The position numbers were made by a program, and so were the translations under genes. Positions 12,798 to 25,700 of a stretch of 64,000 nucleotides of DNA are shown piece after piece (position 1 is the stretch's first letter; every line of letters starts with the position of its first letter). A model generated the notes under the pieces. That model made no database searches, was not told the origin of the DNA, and worked only from the letters and a program-made list of their open reading frames with translations. The stretch lies in assembly GCA_030390025.1 (NCBI GenBank), contig JASTWF010000334.1:310001-374000 (forward strand), given 5' to 3'. This DNA comes from Squalus acanthias (lineage: Eukaryota).

Positions 12798-12960
12798 TCA
12801 CGTGACCCAGTCAGCCAATCAGCAATGAGTATAATGAATACTGCAGCGCCACCTAGTTGTCAGCTTGGAAAACTGAATCAGGGCTCAGTGTAATAAATAG
12901 GAAGATTGAAGCGTGACAGGAATTGTGTGACAGGAAGCAAGAGTAATACTTACAGGAAGT
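12798..12960. promoter_or_regulatory. Motif cluster: E-box, CCAAT, CTCF-like site, ETS-like sites
   Basis: TCACGTGA 12798-12805; GCCAATC 12814-12820; CTGCAGCGCCACCTAGTTG 12841-12859; three CAGGAA. Confidence 0.4.
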
Positions 12961-13503
12961 GTGTGTATATGGAAGACATTGAATATATTCCCGATGTGAT
13001 TAACACTGGATGAATGTTGTGTTATTAACAGCTTTTGCTGTATCTCTTTTTCCCTCTAATATCTGTTTCAGTAAATTCCTCTACTCCCAGGGCTCCCTTT
13101 TACCTGCATTCCTGTACGGTTTGTTGATATTTCTTATTCCCATTTTCATTGCCCCGTTGACTCATTCTGGGACTTTGTTTAGTTTACAGTTATTTTTGGG
13201 AATCTATATTTATCTTCAATAATCTACATTAGTGCAGGTTTAAATCAGATCCAATTTCCTTTCACAGATTCCTTTCAGTAATATTTCCCAGTTCATTTCT
13301 TTCAGTTCATCTCATCCCTTTAAAGGTTGTCTTCTTAAAACAAAGAGGCACAGATATTGAAAGTTAATTTTACAAAGTCTGTGCCGCCTTCTCCCCGATG
13401 CAGTGTTGAGTGAAGAGGTGGGTCGGAAGCTACAGTGGGACAGGAAGGCTGCTATAAACTAGACTCACACAGCATCAAACACACAGCTCAAGATGCAATT
13501 ACA

Positions 13504-13509
13504 TTTATT
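13504..13509 (-). terminator. Polyadenylation signal of lectin gene A
   Basis: AATAAA on the minus strand, about 115 nt after the stop codon. Confidence 0.7.
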
Positions 13510-13623
13510 ATTGGCTGAGAGACTAAGTCAGTACAGTCACCACAGGCAGTGACTGCGGCTACAAACAAATCGAGGCACTGAATCCACTCCTGGAAATGAT
13601 CCGTGGAGCATCGGCAGATTCTT

Positions 13624-13703
13624 CTAACTACAGGCCAGTTTGTAGGAGCAAACGAAAGGATGTTGTTGATCACAGGGCACATCATTCCAAAGACCTCGAG
13701 TAG
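13624..13703 (-). CDS. Lectin A coding exon 5
   Basis: Acceptor TTTCTTTCTCCAG; encodes PTRGLWNDVPCDQQHPFVCSYKLACS-stop (WND motif). Confidence 0.92.
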
Positions 13704-16700
13704 CTGGAGAAAGAAAAATTGAAACTAACATTTACCCATCAGTGAATCAGACAGCTATTTCTCGAACTGTTTCATACTTTCTCTTTTGGGAGAGTCAGGC
13801 CGCGATTTCCCCGACCTGGGCGGGTCGGTGGCGGGTGCGGTTGGTGGCGGGTGACGGCCTCCGAAATGACTTTCCCCAATTGGACTTGTTAAGCCCCGCC
13901 CAGCGAGTTTCCCGGCCAATTAACGGACGTGGGTCTGATGACGTCATTTGATGACCATCATCAGCCGTGTTCCTTTACGGGACCATACGCAAATTTACTT
14001 TGACATTTGTGCTGTCTGTGTTCTACAGCATTGAGGTGCTGCAAACACTGACAAGCATTGCAGAGAGGTGCACGGCTACACCCAAGCTCTCCAACTCTCA
14101 CAGCACACAGGGAGGTTCTCTTCCCTTCCAATGGGTGGAAGAGACCTCCCCAGGAGATCAACGCAGCCTGGTTGCACATTGCACAGGAGGGCACAAGCAG
14201 GGATGTCATCAGGAGGACCAGGCTGCAGTGGCACAAACCTTTCAATGATCTCAGTAGATCTCTCATCACATCCCCATCACTCTGCCTTCCCTCCCTACTC
14301 CTGCACATCCTTACTCACACCAACATTCCTTGCACCTCCACCCATCCCTCTCTATCTACATTATCACTTCCCCATCACACCCTCATCCTAGTGCAATCAT
14401 ACCAACTGACAACACACAAGGGTAGGCAGTTGTGTGTTTTAGCCAATGTTCATGTGAAGTTTCTGTTAATGTGGTGTCAAACATTGAAATCTTTATTTTC
14501 AACACTTTCCGTTTGTGAACAGATTCGTGTGCACCTTTGGAAGTGGCTTAGTGAGTTGCAGTGAATGGTGAGACATAACGGTACCCCCTGCAATGCTGAT
14601 GAGTGTGAAAGGAATGGCTTGAGCATTGTAGGGATGATTTATGGTGTTGGTGTGGGGTGGTGCCAACCTGGCACATCATGTGGCAGCCAGGGTGTGCAAC
14701 ATCAAGTGAAGTAAATCTGGCCATGGTGAGGCCTTCCCTGGTGTCGGGTGCTTATGCCTTCTGTCCTGTGCAGCATCAGGTGATTGCGGAGAAGGTTGGT
14801 GTGGTTGTTCATCCTGCTGGTGTGCCTGGCGATGTTGATGTTGCAGCTGATCATGATGAGATTCTGAAGACCAAGGTGAGAGAGTATAAACCGTACCAAT
14901 GTTGATGGAATAGATGGCAGGTGAACTGGAGATGACAGAAGCGATCTGTCAGTGGTGAGAGAGGTTGTTCCAGTGAGGTGACGCTGGATAGAGAGTTTGC
15001 TCCAAACACTTGCAACCTGCATAAAGCACAATCTGTCTTCCAAATGCAGTAAGCAACAGCTTCTGAGCTTGGAAAGTGAACAGCTGTGAGATGGGAGCTT
15101 TAATAGCACATTTCAAGCTGTCAAGTAATGAGATGATTCCATGGTCATTCAACTCCAGCCCAGCTTAGCAGACGTGATCCATGAGAAGCGTGGACCTCGT
15201 GGGCGAGTTGGTAAATTAAAAAGGTGAGCTCGAAATTGTTGTTAATCCTCTGTTAGCAAGGTCAGAATGACCTGAATTGCCTTCCTCGCCGCTGCAGGTC
15301 GGGTCTGCTCAGCGCTGACAGACCCGACATTTGGTAAAGGCATGTGGCACGGGTTGACAGCGGGGTCCCGACCTGCTGTAGTAAAAACTTTCCCACCTGA
15401 CCCACCACCGATCCCGCCCGCTGACCCCCCGGAAAACTCCCCTCTCAGTGTCTGTGATCCTCTAATTTTACCCATCTCTTGATCCATGAATTCACCTTGT
15501 AAATAAAGTGAGGCACTTCCTGTTGTTTTGCCATGTGCACTCAGTCAGTGTGTGTCTCACTGAAATCTGGAAACCTCACAATATTCAGTGGGGTTTGGAC
15601 AGTTCCTGACTGAAGATTGCGAGCTCACCCTGGGCTGGGTTTCCCAGTGTGGGGTGGACAGCAAGGCCTCACCACCAGGGCTAAACAGTCACCTACCCCA
15701 CTGCACGGACTTCACACGATTGGAGCAAAGGCTGTGATTTCTGGAGTTAGAATCTCTGTGTCCGGATTATATCATTTTAAATCTGGGAATTGAACCCCCT
15801 GTGGAAAGGGGGCGGGGTGTTTGGTGTATCAGTAAAGTGAGGGCCTGGATACAGGAAGGTTAAATAATTTTCTGAGAACGCTGTGTAAACACAGAGTGGA
15901 ATCCTGTCCAATGGGAGTACGGCTCCAGCCATGTCAGGAACAGCTCATTCAATGTGGGCCAATTATAAGGTTGGTCTCACTTTAGCCTCCACACTGCAGA
16001 ATCCAAAGAGATGGTCAATTGAGTGGAGGGAGAAACTGCAGTGTTACATCCAGTGTACGTTCCTCGATCTGCAGTGTTACACCCAGTGTACGTTCCTCTA
16101 TCTACAGTGTTACACCCAGTGTATGTTCCTCTCTCTGCAGTGTTACACCCAGTGTACGCTCCTCTATCTAGTGTTACACCCACTGTATGTTCCTCTCACT
16201 GTAGTGTTACACCCAGTGTACGTTCCTCTCACTGTAGTGTTACACCCAGTGTACGTTCCTCTATCTCCAGTTTTGCACCCAGTCTATGTTCCTCTATCTA
16301 GAGTGTTACACCCAGTGTATGTTCCTCTATCGACAGTGTTACACCCAGTGTACGTTCCTCTATCGACAGTGTTACACCCAGTGTACGTTCCTCTATCGAC
16401 AGTGTTACACCCAGTGTACGTTCCTCTATCGACAGTGTTACACCCAGTGTACGTTCCTCTATCGACAGTGTTACACCCAGTGTACGTTCCTCTATCGACA
16501 GTGTTACACCCAGTGTACGTTCCTCTATCGACAGTGTTACACCCAGTGTACGTTCCTCTATCGACAGTGTTACACCCAGTGTACGTTCCTCTATCGACAG
16601 TGTTACACCCAGTGTACGTTCCTCTATCGACAGTGTTACACCCAGTGTACGTTCCTCTATCGACAGTGTTACACCCAGTGTACGTTCCTCTATCGACAAT

Positions 16701-19700
16701 GTTACACCCAGTGTACGTTCCTCTATCTGCAGTGTGTGACCCGTGTTCATTCCTCCATTAAACAGCTTTACTTGGAAGGTGGCTGCAAAAGATGCAGAAG
16801 TTGAGCCCTGCCAAAGTCTAAAACTCAACCACACTGAGTCCAGTTAGAAGCTCATTAATCTCAGTCGACCTATCCAGTCGTCTGCATTTAATTTCCAATA
16901 AAAACACTGTCACACTTTGCAGCATCAACTTACGGTAATTTAAATGCAGACAGTCCTCTATTCCTTGAGCATTATTGGGTTCACCCGTACCCCAGTTTGT
17001 AAAATCTGTTTCCGATCCATCAGTCCAAAGGAAAGCCTCCTCCTGTGGAAATATAAAATCATAATTTAAACATGTATATTTCTGTTACAATAAACAATTT
17101 GTGATATAACTTCTCAGACAACGTTACCTTGTAGATGTCACTCAAACCGAGCCAAGTATAAGGATTTGATGCGTCTTTTGCTTGAATCACCCGTTCGAAT
17201 GAACTCGTTCTGTTCCTGCGAGTGTATGGAGGCAAGACGGCCGCCTGGAGCCAGTGCTCGGCAGTGCAGCTTTAAATAAAAATAAAACAGACCATTTGTT
17301 GTTTTTCACCTTGTTACATTGATTATATTCAGTTCTGTCGCTCCATGTAATATGTTTAATGTTGAAACATTCTATTCTTTTGCTAAAGGTGAACAATAAA
17401 ACATACAACCTGCTGTTATAAGTCCATGTCGTCCCAATATGGACTGACTCCAAACTTCACTGTGGATTAAGTGAATAGTGGGACGCTGGCACTGGATACT
17501 GGGGAACAATCTCATGGGGGTTCAATGGCTTCAAACCACCAGATTGAAGTTTCAGCAGCTTCTGTGCATCAGCTGACACTGGGCTGGTATTGTGGTCGAA
17601 TGTTCTGTGGGCTATCTGGCATTGTTTCCCCTCTTCTCCCCAACCTTTATCCATACAGCTGCTGTCAATACAGATGTTGCAGTCCACATCACTGCAAAGT
17701 GACCACGCCCACACTGACAGATTTATCTGGCCATCCTGTGCCATGTGGGAAGTCCAGGATGCTTCTCGTGTCCTGGACAACCACATGAGCAGGAAGTGTC
17801 GTCAGCTGGAGGAGCTCGAGCTCCGGGTTTCAGAGCTTGAGCAGCGGCTGGCGTCACTGCAGTGCGTCCGTGAGGCTGAGAGCTATGTGGATAACACGTT
17901 TCAGGAGGTGGTCACCCTGCAGCTTAAGAGTTAGCAGGCAGAGAGTTAATGGGTGACGGACAGACAGACAAGGAGGACCAGGCAGGTAGTGCAGGAGTCC
18001 CCTGAGTGCCTCATTTGATGATCCTTCTAACATATTGTCCCTCCTCACAGCTGTAATTGTTAATTTAACCAAAATTGCGTCCAGTCCCCGCCCCACCCCC
18101 CGTCCTTTTATATTCACCTTTAGAACTCGTTGGAAAACCCTGTAATCAGGAATGTTGAGCTACCATTCCTACTCTCCTTTCAGCCATGTTTCAGTAATAG
18201 CTATGATATCATACTTCCACACGTTTATCTGGTGAATACTGGTGAGAGTGATGGTTCCTCTGGGGAGTACAGCCAGAGCACCATAGGTGGCTCAGCTGTA
18301 TGGCGGGGAGTGGGTGGAGGAGGATGATCAGAAAAGCAATAGTGATGGGGGATTCATTAGTTAGGGGAACAGACAGGCGTTTCTGCACCGCAGACGTGAT
18401 TCCAGGATGGTATGTTGCCTCCTTGGTCAAGGATGTCACTGAGTGGCTGCAGGACATTCTGAGGGGGGAGGGCGAACAGCCAGAGGTCGTAGTCCATATC
18501 GGTACCAATGACGGAGGAGGCGGACCTGTGTGGGAGCGGCAGCGGGACCTGAGAGAAGGCGGAGCGGCCATAAAAGAGCGTGGCAGAGGAGGCCCGACAC
18601 CGGAGTGCTGCAAGTTGGGAAAGAGTCCCGAGAGCGGGAGCAATCAAACAACAACAACTTCGAAACCACTAAAGTGACATCACAACCAGGGAAGGAGCTG
18701 ATTGGTAAGTAGGACCTGGTGAGTATTTCTACAGTCCAGTCATTGAAGTAAAAGTAAGGTTTCTAGTTTAGAGTAAGTAGTGTTTAAAGGGAAGTAAGGT
18801 CCCTAGTGTATTTAATATTCTTTAATTTAAAGGAAGTAAAGGAAGTAAGTTAAGGGTAGGACATGGCAGGGCAGCTCGGCAGCATGGAGTGCTCCTCCTG
18901 TGCTATGTTGGAAGTCAGGGACACTTTTGGTGTCCAGGACGAACACATGTGCAGGAAGTGTCTCCAGCTGCAGGTACTCGAAATCCGCGTTTCGGAGCTG
19001 GAGCTGCGGCTGGAGTCACTGTGGAGCATCCGCGAAGCTGAGATCTTCGTGGATAGCACGTTTAACGAGGTGGTCACACCGCAGGTGAAGAGTGCACAGG
19101 CAGACAGGGAATGGGTGACTGCCAGACAGAGTAAAAGAACTAGGAAGGTAGTGCAGGAGTCCCCTGGGTCCATCTCCCTCTCCAACAGATTTTCCGTTTT
19201 GGATACTGCTGGGGGAGATGGTTTCTCAGGGGAATGCAGCAAGAGCCAAGTCCGTGGCACTATGAGTGGCTTAGCTGCATAGGAGGGGAGGAAAAAGAGT
19301 GGGAGAGCAAAAGTGATAGGGGATTCTATCTTAAGGGGAACAGATAGACATTTCTGTGGCCACAGACGTGACTCCAGGATGGTATGTTGCCTCCCTGGTG
19401 CCAGGGTCAAGGATGTCACTGAACGGCTGTAGGGCATTCTGAAGGGGGACGGCGAACAGTCAGAGGTCGTGGTTCACATTGGTATCAACGACGAGGGATG
19501 AGGTCCTGCAACAAGAATTTAAGGAGCTCGGTAGCAGATTAAAAAGCAGGACCTCAAAGGTTGTAATCTCTGGATTACTCCCTGTGCCACGTGCTAGTGA
19601 GTATAGGAATAGGAGGATAGAGCAGATGAATGTGTGGCTAAAGAGTTAGTGCAGGAGGGAGGGCTTTAGTTTCCTGGATCACTGGGTCTGCTTCTGGGGA

Positions 19701-22700
19701 AGGTGGGACCTGTACAAGTCGGAGGGGTTGCACCTGAACCGGAACAGGACCAACATCCTTGCGGGGAGGTTTGCTAGTACTGTTGGGGGGGGTTTAAACT
19801 AACTTGGCAGGGGGATGGGATACGGAGTGGAGCTATAGTAGGGGGTGATGCACAGCCAAATATAGAGGAAAAAACAAGTCAGCCTGGAAGGCAGAGCAAA
19901 TATGTAACGGCACAAGGGAGTATGGCGAGGCTGGATGGCATTTATTTTAATGCAAGGAGTCTTACGAGTAAGGCAGATGAATTGAAGGTGTTGATGAACA
20001 CATGGGAGTATGATATTGTTGCTGTCACAGAGACATGGTTGAGGGAGGGGCAGGACTGGCAACTCAATATTCCGGGGTATAGAATCTTCAGGCGAGACAG
20101 AGGAGGGGGTGTCGCAATATTAATCAAGGAGTCAATTACTGCTGGAAGGAGGGATGATATCTTTGCAGGTTCCTCTAATGAGGCCATATGGGTAGAACTT
20201 AAAAACAAAAAGGGGGCAAGCACTTTGCTGGGAGTGTACTATAGGCCCCCAAACAGTCAGGGGAGATAGAGGAACAGATATGTAGTCAAATCTCAGAGAA
20301 GTGTAGAAATAATAGGGTAATAATAGTAGGGGATTTCAACTTCCCCAATATTAACTGGGACAGTCAGAGTGTGAAAGGCTTAGAGGGCGCGGAATTCTTA
20401 AAGTGCATCCAGGAGAGCTTTTTGAGCCAGCATGTAGCAAGTCCTACAAGAGAGGGGGCAGTACTGGACCTAATTCTTGGGAATGTAGCCGGGCAAGTGG
20501 TAGAAGTGTCAGTAGGAGAGCATTTTGGTGACAGTGACCATAATTCGATGAGATTTAAGGTAGTCATGGAAAAGGACGAAGATGGACTGGAAAAAAAGGT
20601 TCTAAATTGGGGGAAGGCCGATTTTAATATGATAAGGCAGGATCTGGCCAAATTGGACTGGGATCAGCGACTTGTAGGAAAATCCACATCAGAGCAGTGG
20701 GAGTCTTTCAGAAAGGAAATAGAGAGAGTACAATGCCAACATGTTCCCGTAAAGGTCAAGGGTGGGATCAACAAGCCCAGGGAACCCTGGATTTTGTACA
20801 ATCTTACTAACTTACTTCTAATTACAGATCAGATGTGACTGGACAATTCAACTTGTGTGTGACTGGGCTATTCAACTTGTGTGTGACTGGGCTATTCAAC
20901 TCCGGCGAGGCGGAGGAGTCAAGAGGCGGCGGCGACCAGGTAGGCCCACAGAGGCGGCGGACCTTGGTGGAGCGGCTGCGGCGAGGCGGAGGAGTCAAGA
21001 GGCGGCGGCGACCAGGTAGGCCCACAGAGGCTTTTAAAGTGCGGGACGCAGTGGTTGCTGGGTAGGTGATTAATTTTTACCTGTATATAAGTTGGGCGGT
21101 TCCTAAACCCGAGACACTACACTTGTAGTGTCCCCCACCCTTCCTCCTCCTCTAACCTAAAGAAGGTGAGTGACTATTAGGTAAGCTCTTTTTTGTTCTA
21201 GTTTAATCTGCAAGTTAGCTGGAGGGGATGGCAGGGGAGGCAGTGAAATGTTCCTCCTGCAGAATGTTTGAGGTGAGGGACGCCGTAGGTGTCCCTGCTG
21301 ATTACACCTGTGGGAAGTGCACCCATCTCCAGCTCCTCGAAAACCGTGTTAGGGAACTGGAGTTGGAGCTGGATGAACTTCGGATCATTCGGGAGGCAGA
21401 GGAGGTCATAGATAGAAGCTTCAGGGATGTAATTACTCCAAAGCATGAAGATAGATGGGTGACGGTGAGAGGGGCTAGGAGGAAGCAGTCAGTGCAGGGA
21501 TCCTCTGTGGTCGTTCCCCTCAGTAACAGGTATACCGCTTTGAATACTGTTGAGGGGGACGACTTACCAGTGGTAAGCCACGGTGACCGGATCTCCGGCG
21601 CTGGGTCCGTCCCTGTGGCTCAGAAGGGAAGGGGAGAGAGCAGGAGAGCAATAGTTATTGGGGACTCAATAGTCAGAGGGACAGATAGGAGGTTCTGTGG
21701 CAGCAAAAGAGACTCACGGATGGTATGTTGCCTCCCGGGTGCCAGGGTCCATGACGTCTCGGACCGTGTTTTCAGAATCCTCAAAGGGGAAGGGGAACAA
21801 TCACAAGTCGTGGTACACATCGGTACCAACGACATAGGTAGGAGAAGGGATGGGGATTTAAAACAGGAATTTAGGGAGCTAGGTTGGAAGCTGAGAGCCA
21901 GTACAAACCATGTTGTAATTTCTGGTTTGTTGCCGGTGCCACGTGCTAGCGAGTTGAGGAACAGGGAGAGAGTGCAGATAAACACGTGGCTGCAGGGATG
22001 GTGTAGGGGGGAGGGTTTCAGTTATGTGGATAACTGGAGCACATTCTGGGGAAGGTGGGACCTGTACAAACAGGACGGTTTGCACCTGAACCAGAGGGGC
22101 ACCAATATCCTGGGAGGGAAATTTGCTACGGCTCTTCGGGGGGGTTTAAACTAATTTGTCAGGGGGATGGGAAAAAGGGCTGTAGTCCACGAGCCAGTGG
22201 TGAGTGTAGGGAGGTACTGAGGAGGGTATCAAGGTCGCAGGAATGTACCGGCAGACAGGAAGATGGCTTGAAGTGTGTCTACTTCAATGCAAGGAACATC
22301 CGGAATAAGGTAGGAGAACTTGGAGCGTGGATTGGTACTTGAGACTACAATGTGGTGGCCATTACGGAGACATGGTTAGAACAGGGACAGGAATGGTTGT
22401 TGGAAGTTCCGGGGTATAGATGTTTCAGTAAGAGTAGGGAAGTTGGTAAGAAAGGTGGAGGAGTAGCATTGTTAATCAAAGATAGTTTAACAGCGGCAGA
22501 AAGGCAGTTCGAGGGGGATCTGCCGTCTGAGGTAATATGGGCTGAAGTTAGAAATAGGAAAGGAGCGGTCACGTTGTTAGGAGTTTTCTACAGGCCCCCA
22601 AATAGTAATAAAGATGTGGAGGAAGAAATTGCAAAGCAGATTATGAATAGGTGTGGAGGTCACAGAGTAGTTGTCATGGGTGACTTCAACTTTCCAAATA

Positions 22701-25700
22701 TTGATTGGAACCTTTATAGGTCAAACAGTTCGGATGGGATAGTTTTTGCACAGTGTGTGCAGGAGGGTTTCCTGACACAATATGTGGATAGGCCGACAAG
22801 AGGTGGGGCCACGTTGGATTTGGTACTGGGTAATGAACCGGGCCAAGTGTTTGATTTGTATGTGGGAGAGCACTTTGGAGATAGTGACCACAATTCGGTA
22901 ACTTTCACTATTGCAATGGAGAGGGATAGGGCCATACGGCAGGGCAGGGTTTATAATTGGGGGAGGGGTAATTATGATGCGAGTAGGCAAGAATTAGGGA
23001 GTATAAGATGGGAACAGAAACTATCAGGGAAAGGCACAAACGAAAAGTGGAGCTTTTTCATGGAGCAATTACTGCGTGTCCTTGATAGGTATGTCCCTGT
23101 CAGGCAGGGAGGAAATGGCCGAGTGAGAGAACCATGGTTCACAAAAGAGGTTGAATGTCTAGTCAAGAGGAAAAAGGAAGCGTATGTAAGGATGAGAAAA
23201 CAAGGTTCAGTTGGGTCGATTGAGGGGTACAAGGTAGCAAGGAATGAGCTAAAAAAAGAGCTTAGGAGAGCTAGGAGGGGGCATGAGAAGTCCTTGGCGG
23301 GTCGGATCAAGAAAAACCCCAAGGCTTTTTACTCTTATGTGAGAAATAAAAGAATGACCAGGGTGAGGGTAGGGCCGGTCAAGGACAGTAGTGGGAACTT
23401 GTGCATGGAGTCAGAAGAGATAGGAGAGGTGATGAATGAATACTTTTCGTCAGTGTTCACCGAGGAGAGGGGCCATGTTCTTGAGGATGAGAGTGTGATA
23501 AAGGTGGATAGGCTGGAGGTGGTAGATGTTCTGAGGGAAGATGTTTTAGCAATTTTGAAGAACCTGAGGGTCGATAAGTCCCCTGGGCCAGATGGGATAT
23601 ATCCTAGGATTCTTTGGGAGGCAAGGGAGGAGATTGCAGAGCCTCTGGCTTTGATCTTTGGGTCCTCACTGTCCACGGGAATGGTGCCAGAGGACTGGAG
23701 AGTGGCGAATGTTGTTCCTCTCTTCAAGAAAGGAAATAGGAATGACCCTGGTAATTATAGGCCGGTTAGTCTTACTTCGGTGGTTGGTAAGATAATGGAA
23801 AAGGTCCTGAGGGATAGGATTTATGACCATTTGGAAAGGGGCAACTTAATCAGGGATAGTCAACACGGATTCGTGAAGGGTAAGTCTTGCCTAACAAATT
23901 TGATTGAATTCTTTGAGGAGGTAACTAAGTGTGTAGATGAAGGTAGAGCAGTTGATGTCGTATACATGGATTTTAGTAAGGCGTTTGATAAGGTTCCCCA
24001 TGGTCGTCTCATGAAGAAAGTAAGGAGTTGTGGGATAGAGGGAAATTTGGCCGATTGGATAAGTAACTGGCTATCTCATAGAAGGCAGAGGGCGGTGGTG
24101 GATGGAACATTTTCGGACTGGAGACCAGTTACCAGCGGTGTGCCACAGGGGTCGGTGCTGGGTCCTCTGCTGTTTGTGATTTTTATCAATGACTTGGAGG
24201 AGGGGACTGAAGGGTGGATCAGTAAATTTGCTGATGACACCAAGATTGGTGGAGTAGTGGATGAGGTGGAGGACAGTTGTAGGCTGCAAAGAGACATTGA
24301 TAGGATGCAGAGCTGGGCCGAAAAATGGCAGATGGAATTTAACCCTGATAAGTGCGAGGTGATTCATTTTGGTAGGGCAAATTTGAATAAGGATTACAGG
24401 GTCAACGGCAGGGATTTGAGGAACGTGGAGGAGCAGAGGGATCTGGGGGTTCATATCCACAGATCTCTGAAGGTTGCCACTCAAGTGGATAGAGCAGTAA
24501 AGAAGGCCTATGGTGTGTTGGCGTTTATTAACAGAGGGTTTGAGTTTAAGAACCGTGAGGTTATGCTGCAACTGTACAGGACCTTGGTGAGACCACATTT
24601 GGAATATTGTGTGCAGTTCTGGTCACCTCACTATAGGAAGGACGTGGAAGCATTGGAAAGAGTGCAAAGGAGATTTACCAGGATGCTGCCTGGTTTGGGG
24701 GGGAGGTCTTATGAGGAAAGATTGAGGGAGTTGGGGCTTTTCTCTTTAGAGCGGAGGAGGATGAGAGGCAACTTAATAGAGGTTTATAAGATGATGAGGG
24801 GGATAGATAGAGTGGATGTTCAGAGACTATTTCCTCGGGTAGAGGCAGCTGTTACAAGGGGGCATAACTATAAGGTGCATGGGGGGAGATATAGAAGGGA
24901 TGTCCGAGGTAGATTCTTTACTCAGAGAGTGGTTGGGGTGTGGAATGGACTGCCTGCTGTGATAGTGGAGTCGGACACTTTAGGAACTTTCAAGCGGTTA
25001 TTGGATAAGCACATGGAGCACACCAGAGTGATAGGGAGTGTGATAGCTTGATCTTGGTCTCGGACAATGCTCGGCACAACATCGAGGGCCGAAGGGCCTG
25101 TACTGTGCTGTACTGTTCTATGTATCTATGTAACTTGTGTGTGGCATTGTTTGTAATTGAGACGATGGGAGTAGAGAGTCCATGTGAGATAGCCAGGTCG
25201 AGGGGGTAGCTGTGAATATGGCCACTTGTGTGAGAGAGTACAACGCCAACATGTTCCCATAAAGGTCAAGGGTGGGACCAACAAGCCCAGGGAAGCCTGG
25301 ATGTCAAGGGATATACAAGAATGGATTAGGAAAAAAAGGGAGGCTTTTGGCAGATACAAAGGACTATAAACAATGGAAGCCCTACAGGAGTATAGAAAGT
25401 GCAGGGGGGTACTTAAAAAAGAAATTAGGAGAGCGAAGAAGGGGCATGAAAAAACACTGGCGGGCAAAATAAAGGAAAATCCCAAGGTGTTTTATAAGTA
25501 TATTAAGGGCAAGAGGATAACCAGGGAAAGAGTAGGGCTCATTAGGGACCAAAGTGGCAATCTGTGTGTAGAGCCGGAAGATGTGGGTGAGGTTTTAAAT
25601 GAAAATTTTGCATCTGTGTTCACTGTGGAGAAGGATGTTGTAGGCATAGAAATCAGGCAGGGGGATTGTGATATACTTGAACAAATTAGTATTGAGAGGG

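Larger units (their letters stand above)
20901..25130 (+). mobile_element. Inner, young full-length CR1 LINE
   Basis: 5' UTR with a tandem GC-rich repeat; intact ORF1; ORF2 with one stop; tail TGTTCTATGTATCTATGT. Confidence 0.93.

Noticed and set aside
15931..16834. Repetitive ORFs (QCYTQCTFLYR, VLHPVYVPLST) as a Cys-rich protein
   Set aside because: They result from a 33-bp minisatellite that is open in several frames, inside a lectin intron.
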